Origin: Octopus sinensis
Lineage: Eukaryota
Direction of reading: 5' to 3'
DNA length: 64,000 nt
NCBI RefSeq assembly: GCF_006345805.1
Contig: NC_042998.1
Location: forward strand, 79,112,001-79,176,000
A model generated the notes under the pieces. The model searched no databases. It was not told the DNA's origin and saw nothing but the letters and a program-made list of their open reading frames with translations. This document shows positions 39,090 to 52,080 of this stretch, piece by piece. Made by a program: the position numbers and the translations under genes. The number at the start of each line of letters is the position of its first letter. The first letter of the stretch is position 1.

Positions 39090-39432
39090 GTTTCAATCAT
39101 TTTGACTGTGGCCATACTGGAGCACCACCTTTTAAACGAAGATATCGACTCCTGGACTTATTCTTTGTAAGCCTGGTACTTATACTATCGGTCTCTTTTG
39201 TCGAACCGCTAAGTTACGGGGATGTAAACACACCAACATCGGTTGTCAAGCGATGGTGGGGAAACAAATACAAACACACACACACACACAAATTTCCGTC
39301 TACCAAATCCACTCACAAGGCTTTGGTCGTCCCGAGGCTATAGAAGACATTTGCCCACGGTGCCACACAGTGGAACTGAACCCGGAACCATGTGGCTGGG
39401 AAACAAGCTACTTACCACACAACCACGCCTGC
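39090..39432 (-). mobile_element. SINE family A, near full length
   Basis: Reverse complement of family A from head to tail. Confidence 0.9.
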
Positions 39433-40814
39433 ACTTATGTTTGTATTTTGTGGTCCACTTTTAAGCTTTCATTGCGAAGTGCGCCCACATTTGTTCATTG
39501 GAACTCTGGTGCTCCACAAAGTAAGATAGAAAAAAGAAATTGAAGGTCTTTGCTCTAGAGAAATAATATTTTGCATACTATGTATACAAAATAATATCAT
39601 TTTCTTCTTTTACAGCATTATAACTCAGTCATTCTTGTCACCATCTTCATCCGCTTGCCCCTTCCGCTATCCAATGTACATACGCCTCTCCACACTTCCA
39701 TCGCATCTCATCTGAACTGCCTAGCACTACCATTACTATCACCATCACAGACACCACCAATATTATTGTAGCTAACGATAAGCTGTCTTGTTGTTGAGGT
39801 TTATTAGTTCTAGTCATACTCAAACACATCTACAGACGCACGTACACATACACACACATACACTAATGCTCTTAGAGCACAGATACACACACACTAATGC
39901 TCTTCTATTATGTTGTCAGCATCGGTGACTGTAGAACAACTCATTTCGCCCCGTCCAACGTCCCTACCACGCCAATTACCTCGGACATTGCAAACACTCA
40001 CATCCGTACGTCATCAATTACTAACATAATCTACATGCGGCTATCAAATCTCGCACACATACACACACGCACGTGTACAAAAACTAAGCTAAACATCACA
40101 TTGTACGACATCATGCGAAATACACTGTAGGAAAAAATACATGGTATGCGGAAAACAGCAAAACACAAAGTAGACAAACATATTAGAAACAGAATAACAT
40201 AGTCTAGACAGAACACGTTGTAATCAGAAAGTACTATGGTCAGATGAAAATATCAACAAATATTCTACATTATAAACATTCTAGAAAGGAAATACAGACA
40301 CAATGCGTAGGTAGTTCAACCTGCTAGAAATAAATCCCGAAGCTTCTTCAAAACAAATCATGTTGTCTTAAAAATAAAGTGGGGAAAGATACTGCAGATA
40401 ATGAACTCGTAGACACACATACTATTTGAAGAAGAGAAAAATGTTGGTAACAGGCCTATTATATAAGAGCTGAACAGGCGATAAAAAAATTACATTATTG
40501 TTGCTCTGCCCGATAGTCGCCCAAACTTGAACTCCCACCAACTTCCTTGAAAGAGGAAGGAGACATTAAAAAATGTACTCCTAGATACACACTGGTAGAA
40601 AACAAAGTCGAGATCGTCATGATTAACTCCTTTGGTCTTAAGTCTGTTTAATCAGGATTTAATGGCCAAAATAATAACAAGGGGAAAATACAACAGATAG
40701 TGTAGCTCTCAATCCACTATGGCTGAAGAAAGACGCGAGTCATAGGTGAAATGCCTTCAGTCACGTCAACTTAGTTACGATCCAGCTGAAGGCTAAACAA
40801 CAGTAATGACAACA

Positions 40815-41706
40815 GTATTTCCCGGACTAATTCTGTAGCGCACTAACTGATGGCAGCACATGGTTGCGTGCGCAGCGAGAGCTAGCAGTGACATTCATGA
40901 GGCAGTGTGCTGAACGGCATCGCTGTATTTACTTCTCAAGTTGAGAAATTTGTGTTTTTGTGATCACGTGTATGCTGTAGTCTGCAATTTTGTTTTAGAC
41001 AAGAACAAAGGAGCCAACATGAAATTTTGCGTTAAACTTGGGAAGTTTGCTACGGAGACATTGAGCATGCTCCGAAAGCTTACGGCGACGAGGCAATGGG
41101 TCGTACGCAATATTTCGAGTGGCACGGGTGCTGCAAAAGTGGTAGAACGTTCCTGAATGACGATGAGCGGTCTGGAAGACCTACCATGAGCGTCAAACCC
41201 AGAAATGTGATGTTGTGCATCGAGAATTCGTCCCTCAGGGCTAGTCCATCAATCGAGAGTTCTACTGCGACGCTTTGAAGCGTTTGAGGAAGGACATTAA
41301 GCGAAAGCGACCGAATCTGTGGAGTGCGAAGAATTGGATTCTTCACGACGACAATGCACCCCGTCACCGAGCGCTCCTCACGCGTGAGTTTCTCACCAGA
41401 AACATAGTATTGTTTCCGCTACCGCCCTATTCGCCAGATTTAGCACCTACGGACTTCCTTCTCTTCCCCAAGAGGAAAATGCAGCTCAAAGGTCGCCGTT
41501 TTAACACCGTTGTCGAGATCCACAGAGCGGGTCGCAGAAGATCCTCGACTCTCTTACGGAAAACGGATTCCCAAAGTGGCAGGATCGCTGGGACCGGAGT
41601 ATTGCTGCGCAAGGTGACTATTTCGAAGGAGATGATGTCAAAACTTAGGTAAATAAGTTATATTTTTATTAAACATAATTAGTACAGGGACTTTTTGATA
41701 CCACTT
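40815..41706 (+). mobile_element. Internally deleted mariner transposon
   Basis: MKFCVKLGKFATET...DDERSGRP | LKRLRKDIKRKRPNLWSAKNWILHDDNAPRH...PPYSPDLAPTDFLLFPK. TIR remnants CCCGGACTAATT and AATTAGTACAGGGACTTTTTGATACC. Confidence 0.9.
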
Positions 41707-41929
41707 CTCTCTATAAAGATGTATATATCTTATAGACAGAGTAAAGTACATACAGAAAAGGAAGTAGACAATACACAATAGGCAATACTAACAGTAGACA
41801 GAACAAGGAGTATAGAACGAACTGGAGAAGAAAAATGGTCCTTGTAAACAGATACTGCAGGTGAAATTGTTTTCACCGCAGCAATATTTCTTCTTGTCGC
41901 CCCCTTTTTATTTTAGGTAAATAAAAACG

Positions 41930-43816
41930 TAGAATAATAAGAGCTATGAGAATCGTATATGGTGTTTGATTTTATAGCTGTAAAGTGTCTTCATTTTCTT
42001 TTTACAATTGTTTTGAGGTTGAAATTTTAGATTCTCTTGCTGAAAATATAACAAATAAGAAGTCTCAATTCGAATTTCTATTATAGGTGGCAATACGAAG
42101 GCAGTTGTCGCGATGCGATGTGCAAAAGTTGCAATATTAAACAACCTCTAGAACAAACCATTTCTATGTGACATTCCAGTGGTGAGAAAGATATATTCTC
42201 AGGTACAGACATGTCTCTTGAAATTGTCGTAACAAAATAAGATGAATATCAACAGTTTATGATAATAAAAATGTTGTGCTTGCATCATATGGCGTGTCCA
42301 TTAATATCAAAATGTGGAAAACAACATGCAACAGTGGAGGAACTAATTGTACCTATTATCAAGGTAAAATGAGTGGGGACAATGTAGCAAGGAATTATCT
42401 TCCACTATCAAACACTGTGAAGCAGCAAATAGAAGACCTTTGATATTATTAAATATCAGTTAGAGAAAGAGTGCTTAAAAGTGAATGCTATTCCTTACAT
42501 TTAAACGAAAGTAGGGATGCTTCAAACTGTGCCGATTTCCTTGCATTCATACGATATGCATTTATAATTAAGATTTCTGCTTTACAAACCACTACCAGCA
42601 CATACAGCAACTGAGTCTATTTTTACTAGTTTGAACGATTTATTAACTGACAATGAAATTTTGCCATATGGGCTCATTGCTGCACGTATAAAGAAACATT
42701 AGCCGTAAGAAACATGCGAAAAAAGTAGAGATGACGAAGAGGCAGAGAAAACAATTAATTTCATAATCATACCCGTTAAACTCTCTTACCTTTAGATTGT
42801 GTGTGTGTGTGTGTGTGTGTGTGAGGAGATGGGCAGTGTCTATGATCAATTGCTCTTGCTTTCCAAAGTACGTTGATCGTCTTACAGTAAACCATTTGGT
42901 TTTTTCAAGATGCGTGAAATAAGCTTTCTTTTTATACGAAAAATCATTTCATTTGAATTCAATAACGTTTTGTAGCAAACTAAGGGAGCATATATATCTA
43001 ATATTTTTATGTACGTCAATGACTTACTTTTGAGGGAGCTCCTATAACCATTTTTAAAGTTGAAAATAGAGCGGAAACCACGATTATGAAATAAGACTTG
43101 TGGTCTGAACGTCTGCAGAGTGGTGTGTTTGAATCCTAGTGATACTCAAACTTCCTTGCAGCATCTAATGATGATTTCTCTGGAGAAATAACAAAACATT
43201 TTCACTCAGTATTTGCAAAGTTTGAAAAAAAGTTTTATGGTTTATTTCCCTCATCAGATACTAATAACAACTGTATTCTAGACCATTTCATATAAATCTA
43301 AAAACTGTAAAATATTTTACCTTCACGTGAAAGAAATAGTCTTGTTGAACTTTAGTGCCAAGTTTCATTTGATACGATGTAGCAGACATTTGGTTCCATG
43401 TGAAAAATGAGCAGCTGGAATTCGAGTCCGAATCATTGAAATATTTAATACCATTCCCAATTATTTATGAGAGTCAGATTTTTCCCAGTCAGATTTCTTA
43501 TAAAATTTAAATACAGAAACCTAGACATGCGACTTCATCTCCTAATAAAACTGTCTGCCATTATGCCCGAAATCCAGGTTACAGTATCAATAAAACAGAT
43601 TCAAACCTTTCAGAACCCAAGTAAAGTCTTTTACTACTGCCATTTTCTAATTTCATATATCTTTCAACCGAGAGGTGAAACCAGTAATACAAGCTTCTTG
43701 TTAGTTAATAAAAATCAGATTGTAGATTAAATAAACATCTGAAAAGCCTGGGGATCCACCTGAAAATTCATTTAAATACAAAAGGTCCTTAATGATGAAA
43801 AGTTTGGAAACTACTG
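41930..43816 (+). mobile_element. hAT (Buster/Charlie-like) transposon relic
   Basis: PLSNTVKQQIEDL...SECYSLHLNESRDASNCADFLAFIRY matches PLSNxTVxRRI...SLQLDESTDxxNxAxLLxFVRY. The right terminus is TTTGGAAACTACTG (CAGT-type TIR); the left end was not found. Confidence 0.75.
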
Positions 43817-43851
43817 AGGCAGACACACAAATATATATACATACATGCATA

Positions 43852-44920
43852 CAGAGTGTCCCCCCAAAATGTATACACTTGTCATATGATTACAAACTCA
43901 GCGTTTAGAAGATTACATTTCATTTTCAAAATTTAATAGAATCTTAGAATTTAATATTTTTATGAACACCTGTTTTCAAACTGATGACCGTTCTGGCACA
44001 GGCATAGCAACAACACGAAGGAATGGAATTGCAAATAAAAAAAACATTTTTGGTATTCGAGCGAATTGTCATTCACTGGGTGGGTTCAATTCGTCGATGG
44101 TTGCCGTTTTTATACAGAAAACTTTATCTTTTAAGAATCCCCGTAAAACAAAAATCTAGTCCAGTGAACGCGGAAGGGATTCTACTCAAGTTCTTTGTCC
44201 AATCCACCTATTTGACAAAATTTCATCAAAGCCCTTACATTATTATCGAAGTGTGGTGTGCTCCATCTTGCTAGAAATAAAAGTCTACATTTTCAAAATC
44301 GTCTTGAGTGCTTGTCCTGAAAGACTGATGCAGTAGGTTCAAGTAAATGGGACCGATCATAATACACCGAAAAAAGAATGGTCGAATTAATTCTTTTGAT
44401 GATAAGCTGCACCATACTGTAACTCCTGGAAAATTAACATGATGTTCTTCCGTAAAATGAGGAGGTGTAGTTGTGGAGGTTGAATCACTTTAAACGTTGC
44501 CTCATCACTGCATACAGATTTTGTTGGTAAGTGTGCACCAACACGTCTTGCCAAGCACCACTCACAAAACTCCACTCTTCCATTTTGGTTATCATCATTG
44601 AGAGCATTACAGAACTTCGAAATGTGAGGAATGTTTGATTTTAAAATCTGTCTCACGACTTGCTTGCCGAACAAATTTTCCAGTAACCTTTCTTGACTCA
44701 TGGAACTTAGCGATGTCCATGGTCTTTTGAAATATTTCCCATGGATATTCTGAACAGTTCAGTCTGCTTCAAACACATCTCAAATTCGAATGATGGTAAT
44801 TAACGTCAGTGGATCAGTTTGAAATTCCCCGCTAAACTGTCTTAACACTTCAACTGCGTTTTCTATCTTCCACTTGCACTTTTGGGGGAATTTCTTTTCT
44901 TCAAAGCTTAGTTTGGCTCT
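43852..44920 (-). mobile_element. Tc1/mariner transposon relic (rosa/DD41D-like)
   Basis: RVEFCEW...CSDEATF...QDGA motifs; TA plus CAGAGTGTCCCCCCAAAATGTATACAC terminus at 43850. The subfamily assignment is tentative. Confidence 0.7.
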
Positions 44921-44946
44921 CTTAGCTAATGGGTTAAACCTAAACA

Positions 44947-45241
44947 AAGATGAGACGTCAAAAGACACTATTACCACCTGAAAATCTCCGAGAATAACAC
45001 ACAGGGTGTGACGACGCTGCTAGCATGCCTATTTGTGTATACTCGTAAATTTATGCTATAGAATACCGTTTCTGATGATAGCAGTAGGTAATATTTTCTT
45101 TACTTTAAGCTTGAAACATGATCTTGTACACGTTTAACCAAAAGTTTAGTTCATTATCTTTCTTTTACTTGCCTACACAACCCAGTGTGTTATTCTCGAA
45201 GGTTTTAAGGTTGTAATTGTGTCTTTTGGCGTCTATTTTTC
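44947..45241. mobile_element. Decayed MITE-like inverted repeat
   Basis: About 65-bp arms (AGACGTCAAAAGACACTATTAC..CGAGAATAACACACAGGG / CCCAGTGTGTTATTCTCG..GTAATTGTGTCTTTTGGCGTCT) around a spacer of about 165 bp. Confidence 0.65.
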
Positions 45242-45522
45242 AGCGCGTGGAGAGGCTTATAGCCAACCCCTTGTTATAATTATGTATATAATTATAAAAT
45301 ATTTGTAAAATTTACTTATAAGGTTTTTATTTCCCCGCTGATTCCCTGGTAAAATCATTAATGATTTTTACCCTTTATTATTATTATATATATATATGTA
45401 TATATATATGTATATGTATATATGTATATGTATATATATATGTATATGTGTATATATATATGTATATGTGTATATATATATGTATATGTATATGTATATG
45501 TGTATGTATGTATGTATGTATG

Positions 45523-45556
<34 letters not shown>

Positions 45557-45580
45557 TGTATGTATGTGTGTGTGTGTGTA

Positions 45581-45611
<31 letters not shown>

Positions 45612-45627
45612 ATGCATGTATGCGTAC

Positions 45628-45945
45628 GGCTGTGTGGTAAGTGTCTTCTACTATAGCCCCGGGCCGACAAAAGCCTTGTGAGTGGATTTGGTAGACGGAA
45701 ACTGAAAGAAACCCGTCGTGTATATGTATATATATATGTGTGTGGGTTTGTCCTCCTAACCTCGCTTGACAACCGATGCTGGTGTGTTTATATCCCCGTA
45801 ACTTAGCGGTTCGGCAAAAGAGACCGATAGAATAAGTACTAAGCTTACAAAGAATAAATCCTGGGGTCGATTTGCTCGACTAAAAGGCGGTGCTCCAGCA
45901 TGGCCGCAGTCAAATGACTGAAACAAGTAAAAGAGTAAAGAGAGT
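45628..45945 (+). mobile_element. SINE family A with a head deletion
   Basis: GGCTGTGTGGTAAG is joined directly to TGTCTTCTACTATAG; the body and the tail CAGCATGGCCGCAGTCAAATGACTGAAACAAGTAAAAGAG are intact. Confidence 0.9.
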
Positions 45946-48166
45946 ATATATACACACACACATTCATGTACCTATGTATATAGACACACACACATACATA
46001 CAAATATACATACTTATAGATATACATATACATTTATGATGGCTACATGCGAAGTCATAAGAATTCTGTTAAAGTTTTCCTTCTAGGGAAATTTTTAAGC
46101 AAAGTCTAGTGGTTTCCTCATTCCAGATGTTGGTAAATCAATCACCCTTTGACAGGTTTTGTTTTTCGTCCGGCAGTTTGTCCAACAAAAACCGCTCTTC
46201 TTGCCTGTTAATTGCGGACGACCCGACCATGTGATAGGTCATACTAGATTACACGTTTCCAATAGTTCTGTGAGTGACCTCGCGCACGCACACACCTCCC
46301 CCCCACTTTCTGTTTTGCCTTTCCATTTTTTTTGTGCTCTTTCTGCCATTCTCACCCACTTTTTTTTTGTTTTTTTACATAACTTTCTTCCCCTTTCCGC
46401 ACTCTCTCACTTGCATTCTTCATCACTGTTTTCCGTTTTTTCATCTATTTCTTTTTCCTTCTTTCTTGTTTTGGTTACTTGCTTATTTTAGTTTAACCCC
46501 AGACCGGACCTGATCAAAGCCAGACCAAGTTAGGGTGCATTTATTGGGTTGTTCAGCCAAAAACAAAAAAAAACCTCAACGTACTTCGGTTCCCATTCTG
46601 TTCCCACTTATAAACTTTCGTTGCCAATTTCTTTTTCAACACTATTCTATTTCATATTCTTTTGGTCTCTCTATTTTCGCATTGTGCCTTTTTTTTCTAA
46701 CTTTCTTCTGTATTAGGAGAGTCTACGTAGAAAATGATGAGCCAATCCCTTCCTTTAAACAGCTATTTAAACAACTATTTAAAAAAAACTATTGCAAATT
46801 ATCACATTTTTTCCTTTGTTCTGTCGTAATTTTCTCTCCTTTAGCGCAATCTTAATCTTTCATTCACATTTCTGACACTTTCCTTTCACATCTATAATCA
46901 TTCACCAACCACTCTGTATTACACACACATACACACATTTTGTGTGTGTGTGTGCGTGTATGTGTGTAGCTCGCACTTTACTTTTTTTCTCTCTTCCTTC
47001 TTTCTTTCTTTCCCTTATTTAACCAAATACCGATGACCGGATGTATTTAGTTACCGATTCCATCCATCAGTTTCACGCCTTTCACCCGACAAACTGATCT
47101 CAGCTATGAAATTACCAATTCTGCTATGTAGCCAATATGATGAAGTGGTAGAAGGTTATCTGAGCGGTTGGTTGATTTATAGAGTAAAGACGGGTTTACG
47201 GGTTTGATGTCTTGAAAGTGAAGGGAGGACCTAGAGAATCTTAAAGAGGACGTAAGAATTAAGAAAGAAAACTAATATGCCTGATTGCATGCATACATAC
47301 ACGCAGATATAAATTAGATATATTACATAGAGTAGAGATGGAGAAAAGGTGAGACAAAAAGAGAAATAATGAACAATCGAGTGCTGCAGGAAGACGGTTC
47401 TGCTCGACACGACTGATACTCGGTTCAATTTGCGTTTGAAGCTCTATCAATTGATTCCGCTCAGAGTAACCTCAGAAAAGCATTAATGTCAAAACATTAA
47501 ATTTCCTTTTAGTTAAATGTCTGAGCCTTCGTGTTTAATAGCCTGAAATGAATGATTTTGATTTGGTTGACTTTGGCCCTAATTATAGAGTGTAACTAAC
47601 GACTAATAATAAATGATTATGTATATAATTTATACATTTTGTGGAAATAGTGCCGTTGTTCAGGGGTTACCAACAGGAAAATCACCAATTCACATTTCAG
47701 ACTTTCAAAGAGTCAGAGGATTATACTAACAGGTCGGTTCCAAAGAAAATAAAACAGTATTAATATTTGAAATGATCATCTTTAACTAGTATATTGTAGA
47801 AATACATGTGTAAAAGACACACTCGCGTAATGGATATACTCATACTAGCATGGCCGTAGCCTAATAACTGATACAAGCTATATATATATATGCATGTGTG
47901 TGTGTGTGTACACATCCCAATTTAGCTTATAAATACGCACACACACTAATAGAGTATGCAAATTAGGTATGCAATTTAGGCATGCAAAATTAAGTATGCA
48001 ATACACTAATAGAGTATGCAAATTAAGGACTCCTTCATAGAGTGATTGCTGTGATTGCTGAATGTACAAACAGTTTAGATGCTTGTTTCTAATGAGACTG
48101 TCACAATGATGTAGCAGCCTCTGATGGGAACCCAATGAGGCTCGAAAATTTGTCGTTTATAATTAT

Positions 48167-48201
<35 letters not shown>

Positions 48202-48203
<2 letters not shown>

Positions 48204-48672
48204 ATAAAACGGTAAGATAACAAAAGAAAGAAAGAGACCTCAATATTATGTAAATAGAGGAAATTTATCTATACAATATGTTACATTACTCGGTAGTCAA
48301 GATAAAACTCTGAGTTTCAGATGCCGAAGTGGAAATCCACAACACCATCTCTTCGGTTATCTGGCTATTTGAAAACGTTATGAAAAAATACCGTTAAAAA
48401 TGAAGGGAAATTACTCTGCTTTGCCTGCGTACTTATACATCGCTCGCATTTTTCGTCATAAAAATTATATAAAAATACATAAAAATATATAAAAATATAT
48501 AAAATCTTCTTGGGACATAACACAGAAAGCATGTTCTATCCGTTTTCTTTAGGGGACCAAAAACGTAACAGAAATTTAGTCACATGTGGGCATGATCCGA
48601 AAAGCTCTGTCCTTGTATTTAGACATGTGGTAGGGTCTAAGCTGCTTTTCCAGATAAGCCATCTCTCCATGT

Positions 48673-48675
<3 letters not shown>
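48202..48675 (-). mobile_element. 5'-truncated Penelope-like element 3' end, inserted in (TA)n
   Basis: Minus-strand CDMERWLIWKSSLDPTTCLNTRTELFGSCPHVTKFLLRFWSPKENG* fits the PLE endonuclease C-terminal pattern CxxEKxxI...LNxRxELxxxCxHxxKxLL. The 3'UTR holds a hammerhead. Confidence 0.7.
48300..48362 (-). ncRNA. Variant type I hammerhead ribozyme
   Basis: AGATAA-CCGAAGA-GATG..GTGGA-TT-TCCAC..CATC-T-GAAACTC-A-GAGT-T-TTATCT: perfect 6-bp stem I, C4 variant core, near-palindromic stem III. Confidence 0.75.
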
Positions 48676-48708
<33 letters not shown>

Positions 48709-48710
48709 CA

Positions 48711-49219
48711 CTAGCAGTATCGCCGGCGTTGCTTGGGTTTGTAAGGGAAATAACTATATAAGCATTTTTAGAGAGTTACTTCCCTTATAGATGCCAATTC
48801 GAGCTTTCTTAGCCATTTCTGTTTTGGTGTCTTCAAGCCATGAAGTCGTTGTTCTAAAAAACGCTGGTCTCCTTGACAACGCTTTACGACGTTGATTTCC
48901 TTACACTCCCTTCCCCACAGCTTCACGAGGGAGGGAAGAGGGGGGAGAAGCAAACAGGTGCAGGTGTGACCGTGGACGCCAACTTCGCCGCCATCGACAC
49001 ACGAAAAATTATGCATTAAAATGGAATAAAAAATGATGTTAAATAATTTTTAAAATCGTAGACTCATCGTAGACGCGCTAATACTCAGACGGGCTCGATA
49101 TGAATCTCGACTATAAGATACCCGAATTTGGTTAAACTGCACCGCAAAATGTGGGAGTAGTTAGGAATCTAAATCGAAGGGGACAGACACTCACACAACT
49201 ACAGTTTTATATATATAGA
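48711..49219 (-). mobile_element. Complete non-autonomous Helitron (509 bp)
   Basis: Minus strand A|TCTATATATATAAAACTGTAG...CCCAAGCAACGCCGGCGATACTGCTAG|T: 5' TC, 3' CTAG, subterminal GC-rich hairpin remnant, A|T target, no TSD. Confidence 0.85.
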
Positions 49220-49436
49220 TATATATATAACATGGACAGACACCTAATTATTCATATATGTTAGTAATAAACTGAATTTCGAGAATCAAGTTGAGCCCCA
49301 AAGTAAACGTTTCAGCAGGAACAGGTTAAAGTTCGCAGGGTAATTAAATTACGTTGTAATTTAACTTCTTCGTGTGTCTGAAATCCAGTATATACAAACA
49401 GTAAATATTTCAAAAAAAAAAAAAAAAAAAAAAAAA

Positions 49437-49598
49437 GGAGTGTGTGGCTGTGTGGCAAGTAGCTTGCTTACCAACCATATGGTTCCGGGTTCAATCCCAC
49501 TGCGTGACACCTTGGGCAGGTGTCTTCTACTATAGCCTCGAGCCGACCAAAGCCTTGTGAGTGGATTTGGTGAACGGAAACTGAAGTCCGTCGTATAT
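49437..49598 (+). mobile_element. SINE family A, 5' half, after an A25 tract
   Basis: GGAGTGTGTGGCTGTGTGGCAAGTAGC...GGTTCAATCCC head. Confidence 0.9.
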
Positions 49599-49600
49599 AT

Positions 49601-49972
49601 ACTCTTTTACTTGTTTCAGTCATTTGACTGTGGTCATGCTGGAGCACCGCCTTTAGTCAAACAAATCGACCCAAGAACTTATTCTTTGTAAGTCTAGTAC
49701 TTATTCGATCGCTATATGTTGCCGAACTGCTAAGTTACGGGGACTAAACACACCAGCATCGGTTGTCAAGCGATGCTGGGGAGACAAACACTGATATATA
49801 TATATATACGACGGACTTCTTTCAGTTTCCATCTACCAAATCCACTCACAAGACTTTGGTCGACTCGAGGCTATAGTAGAAGACACTTGCCCAAGGTGCC
49901 GTGCAGTGGGACTGAACCCGGAACTATGTGGTTCGTAAGCAAGCTCCTTACCACACAGCCACTCCTACGCCT
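49601..49972 (-). mobile_element. SINE family A, full length
   Basis: Complete reverse-complement copy; its head (about 49810-49970) is inverted relative to 49437-49598. Confidence 0.9.
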
Positions 49973-50211
49973 GTATATATATATTTTCAGGGATGGGATT
50001 TTTTCCATTTTTTTTAAAACCTAAAGGGTGGGCTAGGGATACCTTTCGAAATGATGGATGGGTCGGGTGGCATCTTTGTATGAAAAAAGTTTTGTAAATT
50101 CTTTTTCTTTCTACACCCCTCCCTCATCATCTCATTCCAGACCTATTTTGGCCAACTTTTATTTCACTTCAAAACTATGGAAAGAGCATTTTCGGTATTT
50201 TTTTTAAAATA

Positions 50212-52080
50212 GTGACACTGCTTAGAAAGGGCCCAAACAAGGGGGATTTTATAAACAATTTTCGGTCCTTCACTCTGCTTAACGCAGAGCTGAAGATTTT
50301 GGCCAAGGTATTAGCAAAAAGGTTGGCGCGTGTCGTAGGTGGAATTGTCGGGGAGGCACAAACGCGTGCCATTCTAGGCAGATCCATAAACAACAATCTC
50401 CACCTTATACACTATATATTAGAGAGGATTAACAGAATTGCTGGCAAGGTGAGGCTTTGGTCCATTTAGATCAATCTAAAGCTTTTGATAGGGTTGACCA
50501 TCGATATCTGGTGTCGGTCCTCGCGGCGGTCGGGTTGGGTCCGATCTTTCTCAGCTGGATCATTACTCTTTACAGCAACATCAATTCGATCGTTTGGGTG
50601 AACGGGCTCTTCTTGAAACCATTCTTAATCAAACGCTCGCTATGTCAAGGGTGTCACCTCTCCGCCTCCTGTATGTGTTGGCTCTTGAGCCTTTGCTGTG
50701 GAAATTGAGTGAGATGAGGGGCGTCCAGCGTGATCTAGGTTGCGGAAAATCGGTTTCGGCGTATGCGGACGACGTCACTATCATCGTATCCGAGGGGGAC
50801 CACTTACAAAGGGTAGGTGCGGCCATTAAGGTTTACGAAGCGGCGACAGGAGCAAAAATTAACCGGGAGAAATCAGTCGGCTTGCAACTTGGCACCTGCA
50901 GGGGCAAGTCGATTCCACCCAACAGCGTCGTCGGACGTTGGGACTGGTTAAAATGCTTGGGGCGATTGTCCGCTTGTAAGGCGCTCTATCTGCTGCCAAC
51001 ACTTGCTAAAGGATAGGCTAGGGATACCTTGGCTGTTGATGCGCAGACGTGCGCTGAGGCAGAGACATCTGTGGCTCTACCTTGATGGTGAAAAGGTGTG
51101 GTCTCCGTTCGTTAAACTGATGCTTCCAAGGTTTTCTAGTTTCGTTGGACTGGAACCGTGGATCAAGCGTAGACCAAGGTTGGGAGCATGGCAAACCGAG
51201 TGTCGTCAGGCTCTCGTGCGTCTCTCTCACATGGGTAATGCCAGCGGCGGGGTTTCCAGCAGGTGCGACGACGTCCTGGGGTGACCCTGGTCCTCGACGA
51301 TACTCAACTCGCCGTCCTGTTCCGAAGGACATTCGGGCCGGGACCTATGGATGATTTCCAAAAGTCTCCTGGCTTGGCAATGTTACCAAGGGGCTTTACC
51401 AGTTTTCAATAAACTCATAAGGCACGGTGCTTCTTGTCTACCCACGTTCTCAAGGTGCGAGCAGACAACGAAACTGTTCTACACGCGATTGTGCAACGCC
51501 CGAGAATATCGGAAATGTGGGTTTACGTCGAACAGCTGCTGTCATGTCTTGGAGGAGTACAACTGTTCTCCGAGTCAATCATTAAGATTATTCCACCTTC
51601 CTCCTTTAACCGAGAAGGAAAAGTTTGTTTTCTCACTGTGGTTGCTACAGTGAAAGAGGTGGTTTGGAAGACGCGAATGAAATGAGTAGCGACAGGCACC
51701 TTCGTCTCCGGTCTCGCTCTAGTGAACCTTTTTGTTTTTCATCTTAAAAGGAAAATAAGACTGGAGAAGAGGTGTCTGTCGCGTGAATATATATGAAAAA
51801 AGATGAATGGATGTGGCACGAGAACTGAGAATAAGTGATCCCTCTTGAATGTAAGCCATAGAAGTAAGGCAAGTGGTGGACCGAGGCTTGAGGGGTCGAA
51901 GCTGAACCCGGCTTCCACTCCATTGTGTTGTTCCATTGTGCTGTATTTCATTCGTTTTATTTCATAAATTTTTATTATTTTGTCATTTCTTATGTTATCA
52001 TCATCCGTGACCCTCCCCCCTCCCCAATTTATTTGTATTGTCCCCCTCCGTGTTGACCTCTGGTAGGCAATAAAGAATTT
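50212..52080 (+). mobile_element. 5'-truncated Tx1/L1-clade LINE (ORF2 RT and C-terminal zinc region, frameshifted) with 3'UTR
   Basis: NFRSFTLLNAELKILAKVLAKRL, GRSI, LDQSKAFDRVDH, QG..S.LLYVLALEPLL, AYADD, AKINREKS, ETVLHAI; ends GGCAATAAAGAA. Confidence 0.92.
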
